64,000 nt of DNA from Bradyrhizobium sp. Its GTDB lineage: Bacteria; Pseudomonadota; Alphaproteobacteria; Rhizobiales; Xanthobacteraceae. The DNA lies in contig DATMNV010000008.1 in the NCBI GenBank assembly GCA_035568535.1, positions 2,316-66,315 on the forward strand, given 5' to 3'. Positions 38,592-49,292 of this stretch are shown piece after piece (position 1 is the first letter of the stretch; the number at the start of each line of letters is the position of its first letter). The notes below the pieces were generated by a model that was given only the letters and a program-made list of their open reading frames with translations, ran no database searches and was not told where the DNA came from. The translations under genes and the position numbers were made by a program.

Positions 38592-40304
38592 TTACTTCTC
38601 GGAAGCGCGGTTCTTGAGCGCCGTGCCCAAGATATCGCCGAGCGTCGCACCCGAATCGGAGGAGCCGTACTGCGCGATGGCTTCCTTCTCCTCGGCGACT
38701 TCGAGCGCCTTGATCGAGACCTGCACCTTGCGGGCCTTCTTGTCGAACTGGATCACCCGCGCATCGACTTTCTCGCCGACGGCAAAGCGTTCGGCGCGCT
38801 GATCGTTGCGGTCGCGGGCAAGTTCGGACCGCTTGATGAAGGTGGTGAAGTCGGTGCCGACGATCTTCACCTCGATGCCGGCCTCCTTCACTTCCAGCAC
38901 TTCGCAGGTGACGACAGCGCCCTTCTTGACGTCGCCCGGCTCGGCGAAGGGGTCGCCCTCGAGCTGCTTGACGCCGAGCGAGATGCGCTCCTTCTCGACA
39001 TCCACATCGAGGACGACGGCCTTGACCATGTCGCCCTTCTTGTAATTGTCGATGACCTGCTCGCCCGGAAGCTTCCAGTCGAGGTCGGACAGGTGGACCA
39101 TGCCGTCGACGTCGCCCTCGAGGCCCAGGAACAGGCCGAACTCGGTCTTGTTCTTGACCTCGCCCTCGACCACCGAACCAACAGGGAATTTCTCGACGAA
39201 AACTTCCCAGGGATTGCGCATGGTCTGCTTGAGACCGAGCGAGATGCGGCGCTTGACCGAGTCGACTTCCAGCACCTGCACTTCGACTTCCTGCGAGGTC
39301 GAAACGATCTTGCCGGGGTGCATGTTCTTCTTGGTCCACGACATCTCGGAGACGTGGATCAGGCCTTCGATGCCCGGCTCGAGCTCGACGAACGCGCCGT
39401 AGTCGGTGATGTTGGTGACGCGGCCGTGGAAGCGGGCGTTCAGCGGGTACTTCGCCTCGATGCCCTGCCACGGATCGTCAAGCAGCTGCTTCATGCCGAG
39501 CGAGATGCGGTGCGTCTCGTGGTTGATCTTGATGATCTTGACCTTCACCGTTTGACCAATCGTCAGCACCTCGGTCGGGTGGTTGACGCGGCGCCAGGCG
39601 ATGTCGGTGACGTGGAGCAGGCCGTCGATGCCGCCGAGATCAACGAACGCACCGTAATCGGTGATGTTCTTGACCACGCCGTCGATCACCTGGCCCTCTT
39701 CGAGGTTCTGCACCAGCTCCTGGCGCTGCTCGGCACGGGTCTCTTCGAGAACCGTGCGGCGCGACACCACGATGTTGCCGCGGCGGCGATCCATCTTGAG
39801 GATCTGGAACGGCTGCGAGTTGTTCATCAGCGGCGCCACGTCGCGGATCGGGCGGATGTCCACCTGCGAGCGCGGCAGGAAGGCCACGGCGCCGTCGAGG
39901 TCGACGGTGAAGCCGCCCTTGACCTGGTTGAAGATGACGCCCATGACCTTTTCGTTGTTCTGGAACGCCTTCTCCAGCTTGCCCCAGCTCTCCTCGCGGC
40001 GCGCCTTGTCGCGCGACAGCACGGCTTCGCCGAGCGCATTCTCGATGCGGTCGAGGAACACTTCGACGGTGTCGCCGACCTTCAATTCGCTGTCACGGCC
40101 AGGGCCCGAAAATTCGCGCAACGCGACGCGGCCCTCGGTCTTCAGGCCGACGTCGATGACGGCCATGTCCTTTTCAATCGCAACCACCGTGCCCTTGATG
40201 ACGGAGCTTTCCTGAAGGTTGCCGCCGGCAAAGGACTCATCCAGCATCGCCGCGAAATCGTCGCGGCTGGGGTTGTAGGAATTTGCAGTAGCAGTCGAAG
40301 CCAT
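38592..40304 (-). CDS. rpsA: 30S ribosomal protein S1
   Basis: Repeated S1 domains ([22 protein letters not shown]); GGAGA ribosome-binding site before MASTATA. Confidence 0.98.
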   Translation of the reverse strand: MASTATANSYNPSRDDFAAMLDESFAGGNLQESSVIKGTVVAIEKDMAVIDVGLKTEGRVALREFSGPGRDSELKVGDTVEVFLDRIENALGEAVLSRDKARREESWGKLEKAFQNNEKVMGVIFNQVKGGFTVDLDGAVAFLPRSQVDIRPIRDVAPLMNNSQPFQILKMDRRRGNIVVSRRTVLEETRAEQRQELVQNLEEGQVIDGVVKNITDYGAFVDLGGIDGLLHVTDIAWRRVNHPTEVLTIGQTVKVKIIKINHETHRISLGMKQLLDDPWQGIEAKYPLNARFHGRVTNITDYGAFVELEPGIEGLIHVSEMSWTKKNMHPGKIVSTSQEVEVQVLEVDSVKRRISLGLKQTMRNPWEVFVEKFPVGSVVEGEVKNKTEFGLFLGLEGDVDGMVHLSDLDWKLPGEQVIDNYKKGDMVKAVVLDVDVEKERISLGVKQLEGDPFAEPGDVKKGAVVTCEVLEVKEAGIEVKIVGTDFTTFIKRSELARDRNDQRAERFAVGEKVDARVIQFDKKARKVQVSIKALEVAEEKEAIAQYGSSDSGATLGDILGTALKNRASEK

Positions 40305-40549
40305 TTGTTCTCCACTTGCGATGGTCTTGCCGGCCATTGGGGTTTGAGGGCGTATCGCGCGTGAAGGGTCAGGGCTCGCAAAACCCGCGACAACCGCTCG
40401 TTGCATAATATGCAAGAGCGGGCCGGCAGATGCCTGCACGTTCAATACGGTGATTTCTGTCCGGGGACGGATGGTCTCGAAAATTCTGTTCGAGATATCG
40501 ACTTGTCTTGAGGGCGGGAGCGGGCTCTACCTCCAATGACGCCAGCGAC

Positions 40550-41188
40550 TCAACTCCGCTGACGGCCCGCTCGAACGGCCTCGACAATGTCGATGGCGGC
40601 CCGGACGCCGCCTTCTATATCCAGATTGGAATTATCTAGCAAGTAAGCATCTTTTGCCGGTTTTAAAGGCGCAACGGCCCGGTTCTGGTCGCGTTCGTCG
40701 CGCGCCAGGATGTCGGCCAGCACGGCCGCCTCATCGGCTTCTTCGCCCCGGGAGCGGGCTTCCAGGGTCCGGCGACGGGCCCGGATCCTGGGATCGGCGA
40801 CCACGAAAATCTTCACCTCGGCGTCGGGGCAGATCACGGTGCCGATGTCGCGTCCATCGAGCACGGCGCCGGGCGGTTTGACAGCGAACTGGCGCTGGAA
40901 TTCGACCAAAGCCTCGCGAACCCGTGGAATCGCGGAGATCACGGAAGCGGCGGTGCCTACTTTTTGGGACTTCAGGGCCGGATTCTCGAAGGTCTCGGGG
41001 TCGAGTTCCCGGGCGGCTTTCACCGCCAGCGCCTCGTCCTTCGGGTCGACCCCTGCGTTGATCAAAGCGTAGGCAACGGCCCGATAGATCACCCCGGTAT
41101 CGAGGTGGCGCAGGCCATAATGCGCGGCGAGGCGTTTTGCGAGCGTGCCCTTGCCGGAAGCGGCCGGTCCGTCGATGGCGATGATCAT
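40550..41188 (-). CDS. cmk: Cytidylate kinase
   Basis: [27 protein letters not shown]. Confidence 0.97.
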   Translation of the reverse strand: MIIAIDGPAASGKGTLAKRLAAHYGLRHLDTGVIYRAVAYALINAGVDPKDEALAVKAARELDPETFENPALKSQKVGTAASVISAIPRVREALVEFQRQFAVKPPGAVLDGRDIGTVICPDAEVKIFVVADPRIRARRRTLEARSRGEEADEAAVLADILARDERDQNRAVAPLKPAKDAYLLDNSNLDIEGGVRAAIDIVEAVRAGRQRS

Positions 41189-42522
41189 GCAAACTCCGCG
41201 CCGAGCGCGCGCATCATCGGGATGAAGTCCGGGAAGCTGGTGGCGATGAAGGCGGTGTCATCGACCTTCACCGGCTTGTCGGCGGCCAGCCCCATCACCA
41301 GCGCGGACATGGCGATGCGGTGGTCCATGTGGGTTTTGACCAGGCCGCCGCCCGGCACATGGCCCCTGCCCTCGACGATCAGATCATCGCCGGCGACTTC
41401 GACCTTGACGCCGTTGACACGCAGCATGTCGGCGGTCGCTTCCAGCCGGTCGGATTCCTTCACCCGCAATTCCTTCAGGCCGCGCATCACGGTGGTGCCT
41501 TCGGCGAAAGAAGCGGCAACGGCAAGCACCAGATATTCGTCGATCATCGATGGCGCGCGCTCGGGCGGCACCTCGACGCCGCGCAGTTTCGAGGCGCGCA
41601 CGCGCAATTGCGCCATCGGCTCGCCGGTATCGCCGCGCGCAGCACTTTCCTCGATCGAGGCGCCCATTTCGCGGAGCGTCGTGAACAGGCCGGTTCGCAG
41701 CGGATTGGTCATGACATCTGATAATACGAGGTCGGAACCTTCGACGATCAGCGCAGCGACGATGGGGAATGCCGCGGATGATGGATCGGCGGGCACCACG
41801 ACCTCGGCGCCATGCAGCTCCGGCTGGCCGGTGAGCGCGATCTTGCGGCCGTGCGCGCCCTCCCTGGTCGAAACGATGTCCGCGCCAAAATGCTTGAGCA
41901 TCAATTCGGTATGATCTCGGCTCGCTTCCTGCTCGATCACGGTGGTCACGCCCGGCGCGGCGAGACCCGCGAGCAGCACCGCCGACTTGATCTGGGCGGA
42001 AGCCACCGGCGTCTTGTAGGTGATCGGCACGGGGTCACGGGCGCCGTGCAGGGTCAGCGGCAGGCGGCCGCCCTCTCTGGTTTCGCCCGCCTTGGCCCCC
42101 ATCAGTTCCAGCGGATCGAGGATCCGCCGCATCGGCCGGCTACGCAGCGAGGCGTCGCCGTCGAACACCGCCGTAATGGGACAGCCCGCGACCGCCCCCA
42201 TCACCAGCCGGCAGCCGGTGCCGGAATTGCCGAAATCGAGCGCATTTTGCGGGCTGGCAAAGCCCGCAACCCCAACGCCATTGACCTTCCACGCGAAACC
42301 GCCGGTCCGCTCGACCCGGGCGCCCAGCGCCCGCATTGATTTGGCGGTGTTGAGGACGTCTTCGCCCTCCAAAAGGCCGGAAATCCTGCTTTCGCCGACC
42401 GCGAGCGCGCCCAGGATCAAGGCCCGATGCGAGATCGACTTGTCGCCGGGAACCCGGACTTTGCCGCTCAGGGGGCCGCTGGAACGAGCTTCCAGTGGCG
42501 TCGGATGGTCGGAATGGGTCAC
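41185..42522 (-). CDS. aroA: EPSP synthase (class II)
   Basis: [36 protein letters not shown]; GTG start. Confidence 0.97.
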   Translation of the reverse strand: MTHSDHPTPLEARSSGPLSGKVRVPGDKSISHRALILGALAVGESRISGLLEGEDVLNTAKSMRALGARVERTGGFAWKVNGVGVAGFASPQNALDFGNSGTGCRLVMGAVAGCPITAVFDGDASLRSRPMRRILDPLELMGAKAGETREGGRLPLTLHGARDPVPITYKTPVASAQIKSAVLLAGLAAPGVTTVIEQEASRDHTELMLKHFGADIVSTREGAHGRKIALTGQPELHGAEVVVPADPSSAAFPIVAALIVEGSDLVLSDVMTNPLRTGLFTTLREMGASIEESAARGDTGEPMAQLRVRASKLRGVEVPPERAPSMIDEYLVLAVAASFAEGTTVMRGLKELRVKESDRLEATADMLRVNGVKVEVAGDDLIVEGRGHVPGGGLVKTHMDHRIAMSALVMGLAADKPVKVDDTAFIATSFPDFIPMMRALGAEFA

Positions 42523-42664
42523 GATTGGGTCCTTTCGGCCGGGCCAGTAGCATGCCGGCCCGGCAGCGTCACGGCCCGGTATTTCATGCACAAAGCGCTA
42601 TTGACAGCAGCCGCTCAACTAGCCAAGTGAAGCACCGCTTTTCAGACATTCCCAGGATTCCGCC

Positions 42665-43081
42665 GTGGCCAAATCCGATCTCGGAACCAAACGCATTTGC
42701 CCGACCACGGGCAAGAAATTTTACGACCTGAACAAGAGTCCGGTGATCTCGCCCTATACCGGCGAGGTCGTGCCCATCGCGCCCGTCGCGCCGCCGCGCG
42801 CCATGCGTGGCGAAGCCGCGCGCGCGCATGCGGCGGCCACCGCCGAGGTCGCGCCGGAGCCGGCGGAGGCCGAAGAGCTGGTGCCGCTCGAGGAAGCCGA
42901 CGCCGAGGAGAACACCGGCAAGGTGAAGGCGGTCGTTCCGGAATCCGAGGACGATATCGAGATCGACGAGACCATCGAGGACGATGATGATGACGATTCG
43001 ACCTTCATCGCCGACGAGGAAGAGGGCGATGAGGATGTCACCGACATCATCGGCGACGTCGGCGGCGACGAAGAGACTTGA
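42665..43081 (+). CDS. TIGR02300 (FYDLN acidic) family protein
   Basis: LGTKRICPTTGKKFYDLN and acidic tail. Confidence 0.92.
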   Translation: MAKSDLGTKRICPTTGKKFYDLNKSPVISPYTGEVVPIAPVAPPRAMRGEAARAHAAATAEVAPEPAEAEELVPLEEADAEENTGKVKAVVPESEDDIEIDETIEDDDDDDSTFIADEEEGDEDVTDIIGDVGGDEET

Positions 43082-43180
43082 GATCAGCCCTGATCTGTGA
43101 TCAGGGTTCGGCCCGCGAGACGCCCTAGGGCTCGCAGGACCGCATGATCCCACAAAAGGATCGTGCTAAAAGACGGTTAC

Positions 43181-43256
<76 letters not shown>

Positions 43257-43258
43257 CG

Positions 43259-43428
43259 CTTCGCCCTTCGGGCTACGCGTGGCGCAGCCGCGCAGAGCCC
43301 GAAGGACGGAGCGTGGTGCCCGGCGTAGCCCAATGGGCGAAGACGGGCGTCGGCAAGCCCCGTCGAACTCTATCGTAGCGAAGTGAGCGAAGGCTGCCGC
43401 GCCGTAGCGCAAAGCGCGTAGGCGGGCC
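43259..43428. repeat. tRNA-linked multi-hairpin repeat
   Basis: cttcgcccttcgggctacgc is inverted at gcgtagccc-aat-gggcgaag; a related unit follows (gccgtagcgcaaagcgcgtaggcggg). Confidence 0.6.
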
Positions 43429-43437
43429 TCAGAAAGC

Positions 43438-43902
43438 CTACTCCCCCACCACCTCATTCAGCCGATCCCGCAGCGCGACGATCTCGTTCTTCATCGCGGA
43501 TAGTTCCGCCACCGAGCAGGCCGAGGCCGACAGCAGCGACGACGGCACCGCGCGCGCCCTTTCCTTCAGCGCCAGGCCCTGCGGCGTCAGCGCGATCAGG
43601 ACCTGACGCTCGTCCTCGGTGCTGCGCGTGCGCTTGATCAGTTGCGCGGCCTCGAGCCGCTTCAAGAGCGGCGTCAGCGTGCCAGAATCCAGGAACAGCC
43701 GCTCGCCGATATCCTTGAGCGGGACGCCGTCGCGCTCCCACAGCGTCAGCATGACCAGATATTGCGGATAGGTCAGGCCGAGCCGGTCAAGCAGCGGCTT
43801 ATAGAAGCGGGTAAACGCGTGTGCAGCCGAATAGACGGCGAAGCAGATCTGGTTGTCGAGCCGCAGCATCTGGTCCGCCGCGACGGGTTTTTTTTTGGCC
43901 AT
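43438..43902 (-). CDS. ohrR: MarR family organic hydroperoxide regulator
   Basis: [10 protein letters not shown] sensing Cys, [22 protein letters not shown]; divergent from ohr. Confidence 0.92.
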   Translation of the reverse strand: MAKKKPVAADQMLRLDNQICFAVYSAAHAFTRFYKPLLDRLGLTYPQYLVMLTLWERDGVPLKDIGERLFLDSGTLTPLLKRLEAAQLIKRTRSTEDERQVLIALTPQGLALKERARAVPSSLLSASACSVAELSAMKNEIVALRDRLNEVVGE

Positions 43903-43993
43903 TTTGCATCCCTGTAGCGATTCCCTGCCATTCTGGGCCCGGGCGGCGCCGCATTCAATTGCGGACAATTAAATGTGAGGCGACGCTTTCTAT

Positions 43994-44020
43994 ATTGTAC
44001 ACAATCTAATTGTGCGCAAT
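43994..44020. promoter_or_regulatory. OhrR operator
   Basis: attgtacacaat-cta-attgtgcgcaat; core CACAATCTAATTGTG resembles TACAATT-N-AATTGTA. Confidence 0.75.
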
Positions 44021-44057
44021 ATGCGTTCCATCGAAATTCAAACCAAAGGAGATCCCC

Positions 44058-44483
44058 ATGTCCGTGAATGTGCTCTACAAGACCCAGGCCAAGGCCACCG
44101 GCGGCCGCGACGGCCACGCCGCAACCCTGGACGGCGCACTCGACGTCAAACTCACCACGCCGAAGGAATTGGGCGGCGGGGGCGGCGCTGGCAACAATCC
44201 CGAGCAGCTTTTCGCGGCCGGCTATGCCGCCTGCTTCATCGGCGCCATGAAGTTCGTGGCCTCCCAGGGCGGCCCGAAGGTGCCCGCCGACGCCGCGGTG
44301 ACTTCCACGGTCGGCATCGGCCCGCGTTCGGAAGGCGGTTTCGGCCTCGACATCGCGCTCGACATCTCCCTTCCCGGCCTTGCGCGCGCCGATGCGGAAG
44401 CGCTGGTGGCCAAGGCGCACCAGGTGTGCCCCTACTCCAACGCCACGCGCGGCAATGTCGATGTGCAGCTGAACGTCGTCTAA
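44058..44483 (+). CDS. ohr: Organic hydroperoxide resistance protein
   Basis: [33 protein letters not shown]. Confidence 0.97.
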   Translation: MSVNVLYKTQAKATGGRDGHAATLDGALDVKLTTPKELGGGGGAGNNPEQLFAAGYAACFIGAMKFVASQGGPKVPADAAVTSTVGIGPRSEGGFGLDIALDISLPGLARADAEALVAKAHQVCPYSNATRGNVDVQLNVV

Positions 44484-44603
44484 ATCCACAACGCGGAATG
44501 GCCTGCCGTAAGCACTGGCGGGCCATTCGCTGTGGACGCTTGATGCCGCCTGCGAAGACCGCTAGCTCTCAATCGCTTCTCTGGATTTGAGCGAAGGTTT
44601 TCG

Positions 44604-45812
44604 ATGAGTTCACAACAGGTGGCTCCCGGTGCCATGACCGGTTTGCGGGTGATCGATCTCACGCGCGTGCTCGGCGGCCCCTATTGCACGCAGATCCTCG
44701 CCGACCACGGCGCCGACGTGATCAAGGTCGAGCCGCCGGCCGGCGACGAGACGCGCGACTGGGGCCCGCCCTTCCATGAGGAAGACGCGGCCTATTTCGT
44801 CGGCATCAATCGCAATAAGCGCTCGATCGGTTTGGACCTCGCCTCCGAAGGTGGGCGCGCGGTGCTGATGAAGCTGCTCGAGACCGCCGACGTGCTGATC
44901 GAGAATTTCAAGCCGGGCACGCTCGACAAATGGGGAATCGGCAGCGACGTGCTGCGCGGTAAATTCCCGAAACTCATTCATTGCCGGATTTCCGGCTTCG
45001 GCGCCGACGGCCCGCGCGGCGGCAGTCCCGGCTATGACGCCATCATCCAGGCCATGACCGGCATGATCGCCGCGACCGGCTCGCGCGAGAGCGGACCGAT
45101 GCGGATCGGCGTGCCAGTGGTCGACATCACCACCGGGCTCTACGCCGCGATCGGAATCCTGATGGCGCTGTGGGAACGGCAGAAATCGGGGCTCGGGCAA
45201 TTCCTCGAAACCACGCTGTACGAAACCGGTCTCGCCGTGATGCATCCGCACACCGCGAATTATTTCATGCATGGCAAGCCGCCGAGCCTGACCGGCAACG
45301 AGCATCCGAACCTCGTGCCTTACGCGATCTTCCCGACCAGGACCGACGACATCTTCATCGGCGTCGGCAATGACGGCACATTCCGGAAGCTCGCCACGGA
45401 GATCGGCAAGGCCGAGCTCGGCACCGATCCGCGCTTTGCACGCAACAAGGACCGCATCGCCAATCGCGAGGCGCTGCGCCAGGAACTCGCGGCGGTGTTT
45501 TCCCAGCATGAGGCCGAGCCGCTGTGCAATCGCCTCTTGGCCGCGGGCCTGCCCGCAGGTCCGGTGCAGAAGATCGACCAGGCGCTCACCAATGAGCACA
45601 CCATCCACCGCGGCGATGTGATCGCCAGGGACTGGTACAAGGGCGTTGCCTCGCCGATCCGCATGGAGCGCTCCAAGCCGAGCCTGCGCCGCACACCGCC
45701 GAAATTCAGCCAGCACACCAAAGAGGTGCTGGGCGAATTCGGCTACTCGGCCGCCGAGATTGATGCGCTGATCAAGAGCGGCGTGGTTTGCGGTACTGAG
45801 CGCAAGCGCTGA
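44604..45812 (+). CDS. CaiB/BaiF family CoA transferase
   Basis: GADVIKVE, NRNKRSI, ENFKPG, GYD. Confidence 0.92.
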   Translation: MSSQQVAPGAMTGLRVIDLTRVLGGPYCTQILADHGADVIKVEPPAGDETRDWGPPFHEEDAAYFVGINRNKRSIGLDLASEGGRAVLMKLLETADVLIENFKPGTLDKWGIGSDVLRGKFPKLIHCRISGFGADGPRGGSPGYDAIIQAMTGMIAATGSRESGPMRIGVPVVDITTGLYAAIGILMALWERQKSGLGQFLETTLYETGLAVMHPHTANYFMHGKPPSLTGNEHPNLVPYAIFPTRTDDIFIGVGNDGTFRKLATEIGKAELGTDPRFARNKDRIANREALRQELAAVFSQHEAEPLCNRLLAAGLPAGPVQKIDQALTNEHTIHRGDVIARDWYKGVASPIRMERSKPSLRRTPPKFSQHTKEVLGEFGYSAAEIDALIKSGVVCGTERKR

Positions 45813-45992
45813 TTGTCTTTCGTCGGGGCAGCGAAAGCCGGGACGAAAGATCAACACGACCTCCTCTCGATTTGGGCTTCCTTGGGCCCGCCTTCCCCCT
45901 TACGATCCCGCCGCTTTCAACGGTCATTTGCACGTCATCCGGCGCTGATAACGCGCAACCACCGGAATGACGGTCCAACGGGAGGGGTTTTG

Positions 45993-47309
45993 ATGACTTT
46001 TCGACACTTCGGCACGGCTGCCGCCACCGCTGTCGCCCTTGCCTTCGCGGCCTCGCCCGCGAGCGCGGTGACGGAGATCCAGTGGTGGCACGCGATGACC
46101 GGCCCGAACAACGACGTCGTGGTCAAGCTTGCCAATGATTTCAACGCTTCCCAGAGCGACTACAAGATCGTTCCCTCCTTCAAGGGCAGCTATGCCGATA
46201 CGCTGAATGCCGGGATCGCGGCGTTCCGCGCCGGCAACGCACCAGGCATCATGCAGGTGTTCGAAGTCGGCACCGCGACCATGATGGCCGCCAAGGGCGC
46301 GATCAAGCCGGTGTTCGAATTGATGAAGGAACAGGGCGAAGCCTTCGATCCCAAATCCTACCTGCCGGCGATCACCGGTTATTACTCGACCGCGAAGGGC
46401 GACATGCTGTCGTTCCCTTTCAACTCGTCGAGCATGGTGATGTGGGTCAATCTCGACGCGCTGAAGAAAGCGGGCATCGACGCGCCGCCGAAGACCTGGC
46501 CGGAAGTGTTCGCAGACGCCAAGAAGCTGCATGCGAACAGTCCGACCTGCGGCTTCTCATCGAGCTGGGTGACCTGGGGCTTTGTCGAGCAGTTCTCCGC
46601 CTGGCACAACGAGACGATCGGCACCAGGGCCAACGGTCTCGACGGTTTTGACACGGTGCTGAAATTCAACACGCCGCTCGAGATCAAGCTGCTGGACAAT
46701 CTCGTCGAGCTGCAGAAGGACAAGAGCTACGACTATTCCGGACGCACCAACACCGGCGAAGGCCGCTTCACCTCCGGTGAATGCGCTTTGTACATGACAT
46801 CGTCGGCGTTCTATCCGAGCGTGAAGGCCAACGCCAAGTTCGAATACACCGCGGTGCCGATGCCGTACTTCCCCGACGTCAACGGCGCGCCGCAGAACTC
46901 GATCATCGGCGGCGCCTCGCTGTGGGTGATGGGCGGCAAGTCGAAGGAAGAATACAAGGGCATCGCAAAATTCTTCACCTTCCTGTCGGACACCGATCGC
47001 CAGGTCTACCTGCACGAAGCCTCCGGCTACCTGCCGATCACCAAGGCGGCCTATGAGAAGGTCAAGGCCTCGGGCTTCTATGAGAAGAACCCGATCCTCG
47101 AAGTGCCGCTGAAGGAATTGACCAACAAGGAGCCAACCGAGAATTCGCGCGGCCTGCGCTTCGGCGGCATGGTGCAGATGCGCGACGTCTGGTCGGAGGA
47201 GATCGAGGCGGCATTGGCCGGCAAGAAGTCGGCCAAGGAAGCGCTCGACACCGCGGTGAGCCGCGGCAACGACATGCTGCGGCAGTTCGAGCGCACCGCA
47301 GTCAAATAA
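45993..47309 (+). CDS. ugpB: sn-glycerol-3-phosphate ABC transporter substrate-binding protein
   Basis: Signal peptide, EIQWWHAM, QVFEVGTATMM, PFNSS, IIGGASLWV. Confidence 0.92.
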   Translation: MTFRHFGTAAATAVALAFAASPASAVTEIQWWHAMTGPNNDVVVKLANDFNASQSDYKIVPSFKGSYADTLNAGIAAFRAGNAPGIMQVFEVGTATMMAAKGAIKPVFELMKEQGEAFDPKSYLPAITGYYSTAKGDMLSFPFNSSSMVMWVNLDALKKAGIDAPPKTWPEVFADAKKLHANSPTCGFSSSWVTWGFVEQFSAWHNETIGTRANGLDGFDTVLKFNTPLEIKLLDNLVELQKDKSYDYSGRTNTGEGRFTSGECALYMTSSAFYPSVKANAKFEYTAVPMPYFPDVNGAPQNSIIGGASLWVMGGKSKEEYKGIAKFFTFLSDTDRQVYLHEASGYLPITKAAYEKVKASGFYEKNPILEVPLKELTNKEPTENSRGLRFGGMVQMRDVWSEEIEAALAGKKSAKEALDTAVSRGNDMLRQFERTAVK

Positions 47310-47395
47310 AAGCGGCAAGGATCGTGGCGCGGCGGGACCGCAGCCACGATTTTCTGAGAGTAGACTCTCATGTGAGTAAGTGGGGCGGGGGCTTC

Positions 47396-48277
47396 ATGGA
47401 AAACCGGGCGATCTTTTCAGGAAAGGCTCTCGCCTATCTGCTGGTGCTGCCGCAGCTTGCGGTCTCCCTGATCTTTTTCTACTGGCCGGCGGCGCAGGCG
47501 CTCTGGCAATCCTTCCTGGTCCAGGATGCCTTCGGGCTCTCGACCGAGTTCGTCTGGTTCGAGAACTACGTCGTTCTCCTGCAACAACCCGGCTATTATC
47601 ACGCCATCGGCGTGACCTTCCTGTTCTCGGCGCTGGTGGTGTTCTTTTCCATGAGCCTCGGGCTGCTGCTTGCCGCGATGGCCAATCACAACATCCGCGG
47701 CGTGCAGATCTACCGCACCTTCCTGATCATTCCCTATGCGGTGGCGCCGGCGGTAGCGAGCGTGCTCTTCATCTTCATGTTCCAGCCGGGGCTCGGCATG
47801 ATCGCGCGCGCCTTGCAGCGCTACGGCATCGACTGGAATCCGGTGCTCAACGGCAACCATGCGATGATCCTGATCGTCGTCGTCGCGGTCTGGAATCAGA
47901 TCAGCTACAACTTCCTGTTTTTTCTCGCCGGACTGCAGTCGATTCCGAAAAGCGTGATCGAGGCCGCCGCGATCGACGGCGCGCGGCCGATGCGGCGGTT
48001 CTGGACCATCATCTTCCCGCTGCTGTCGCCGACGACCTTCTTCCTGATCGTGGTCAACATCACCTACGCCTTCTTCAACACGCTCGGCATCATCGATACC
48101 GCGACCGGCGGCGGCCCGAACGGCGCCACGGCGACGCTGGTCTACAAGGTGTTTCTGGACGGCAAGGTCGGCTCCGACCTCGGCGGCTCGGCCGCGCAGT
48201 CGGTGATCCTGATGATCATCGTGGTCGTCCTCACCGCGGTTCAATTCCGCTACGTCGAAAAGAAGGTGCACTACTAG
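47396..48277 (+). CDS. ugpA: Glycerol-3-phosphate ABC permease
   Basis: QDAFG, EAAAIDGA loop, SAAQSVILM. Confidence 0.9.
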   Translation: MENRAIFSGKALAYLLVLPQLAVSLIFFYWPAAQALWQSFLVQDAFGLSTEFVWFENYVVLLQQPGYYHAIGVTFLFSALVVFFSMSLGLLLAAMANHNIRGVQIYRTFLIIPYAVAPAVASVLFIFMFQPGLGMIARALQRYGIDWNPVLNGNHAMILIVVVAVWNQISYNFLFFLAGLQSIPKSVIEAAAIDGARPMRRFWTIIFPLLSPTTFFLIVVNITYAFFNTLGIIDTATGGGPNGATATLVYKVFLDGKVGSDLGGSAAQSVILMIIVVVLTAVQFRYVEKKVHY

Positions 48278-48438
48278 TGCCGCCGATTTGAAGTTCCTTC
48301 AGAGCAAGCGGCAAATTCGGTCAGGAACTTCAAATCGATAAGCGGCACTGGAATTATAAGTTTGGCTAGCGCCCTTTCTTTCCGAAGTTCGAAAGAAAGG
48401 CGCTGAAACTAATGACGAACTTCGGAACGGGGCGCTAG
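48274..48438. mobile_element. MITE/RIME-like double-hairpin element with CTAG at both ends
   Basis: Perfect 15-bp and 12-bp internal inverted repeats, arms bounded by CTAG-like motifs; removal gives TAG-CC-ATG between ugpA and ugpE. Confidence 0.75.
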
Positions 48439-48440
48439 CC

Positions 48441-49289
48441 ATGGTCGAGCACCGGCGATTTGGAAATTGGCTGCCTCACCTCGTGCTGCTCTTGGGCGTG
48501 ATCATCGTCGCCTTCCCGGTGTATCTCGCGATCATCGCCTCGACCCACGACAACACCGTCATCGCCAACGGCCAGATGCCGCTCTATCCCGGCTCGCATG
48601 GGCTCGAAACCTATTGGCACACCATCGTCTCCGGCACCGGCAAGACCACGCGCCAGCCGGTCGGCGGCATGATGATGTCAAGCTTCATCATGGCGGTCGG
48701 AATCGCGCTCGGCAAAATCGCAATCTCGATCATCTCAGCCTATGCGATCGTGTTCTTTTCGTTCCCGTTCCGGATGACCGCGTTCTGGACCATCTTCATC
48801 ACGCTGATGCTGCCGGTCGAGGTGCGCATTTTCCCGACCTACAAGATCACCTCCGACCTGAATATGCTGGATTCCTACTCCGGCCTCATTCTGCCCCTGA
48901 TCGCGTCAGCGACCGCGACGCTGTTGTTCCGGCAGTTTTTCATGACCGTGCCAAAGGAGCTGGTCGAAGCCTCCAAGATGGACGGCGCCGGCCCAATCCG
49001 CTTCTTCTTCGATACGCTGCTGCCGCTGTCGGTGACCAATATCGCCGCGCTGTTCGTGATCCTCTTCATCTATGGCTGGAATCAATATCTCTGGCCGCTG
49101 CTGATCACGACGCGCGACGACATGCAGACCATCGTGATCGGCATCAAGAAGATCATCGACGTGCATGACGCGCTCACCGAATGGTCGGTGGCGATGGCGA
49201 CCGCCGTGCTCGCCATGCTGCCTCCGGTCGCTGTCGTCGTGCTGTTGCAGCGTCTGTTCGTCAAAGGCCTGATCGAGACGGAGAAGTGA
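48441..49289 (+). CDS. ugpE: Glycerol-3-phosphate ABC permease
   Basis: TLMLPVEVRI, SATATLLFRQFF, WNQYLWP. Confidence 0.92.
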   Translation: MVEHRRFGNWLPHLVLLLGVIIVAFPVYLAIIASTHDNTVIANGQMPLYPGSHGLETYWHTIVSGTGKTTRQPVGGMMMSSFIMAVGIALGKIAISIISAYAIVFFSFPFRMTAFWTIFITLMLPVEVRIFPTYKITSDLNMLDSYSGLILPLIASATATLLFRQFFMTVPKELVEASKMDGAGPIRFFFDTLLPLSVTNIAALFVILFIYGWNQYLWPLLITTRDDMQTIVIGIKKIIDVHDALTEWSVAMATAVLAMLPPVAVVVLLQRLFVKGLIETEK

Positions 49290-49292
49290 GGA

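Noticed and set aside
38580-40364. Long antisense ORFs such as 38580-40364 (+), 14266-16083 (-), 18507-20225 (-), 23066-24739 (-)
   Set aside because: They shadow well-supported genes on the opposite strand, as expected from high-GC codon bias, and have no recognisable motifs.
42940-43081. GAC/GAT/GAG-rich low-complexity run
   Set aside because: It is the normal acidic tail of TIGR02300 proteins.
47321-47355. Hairpin after ugpB
   Set aside because: Ordinary intercistronic stem-loop after a substrate-binding gene in ABC operons.
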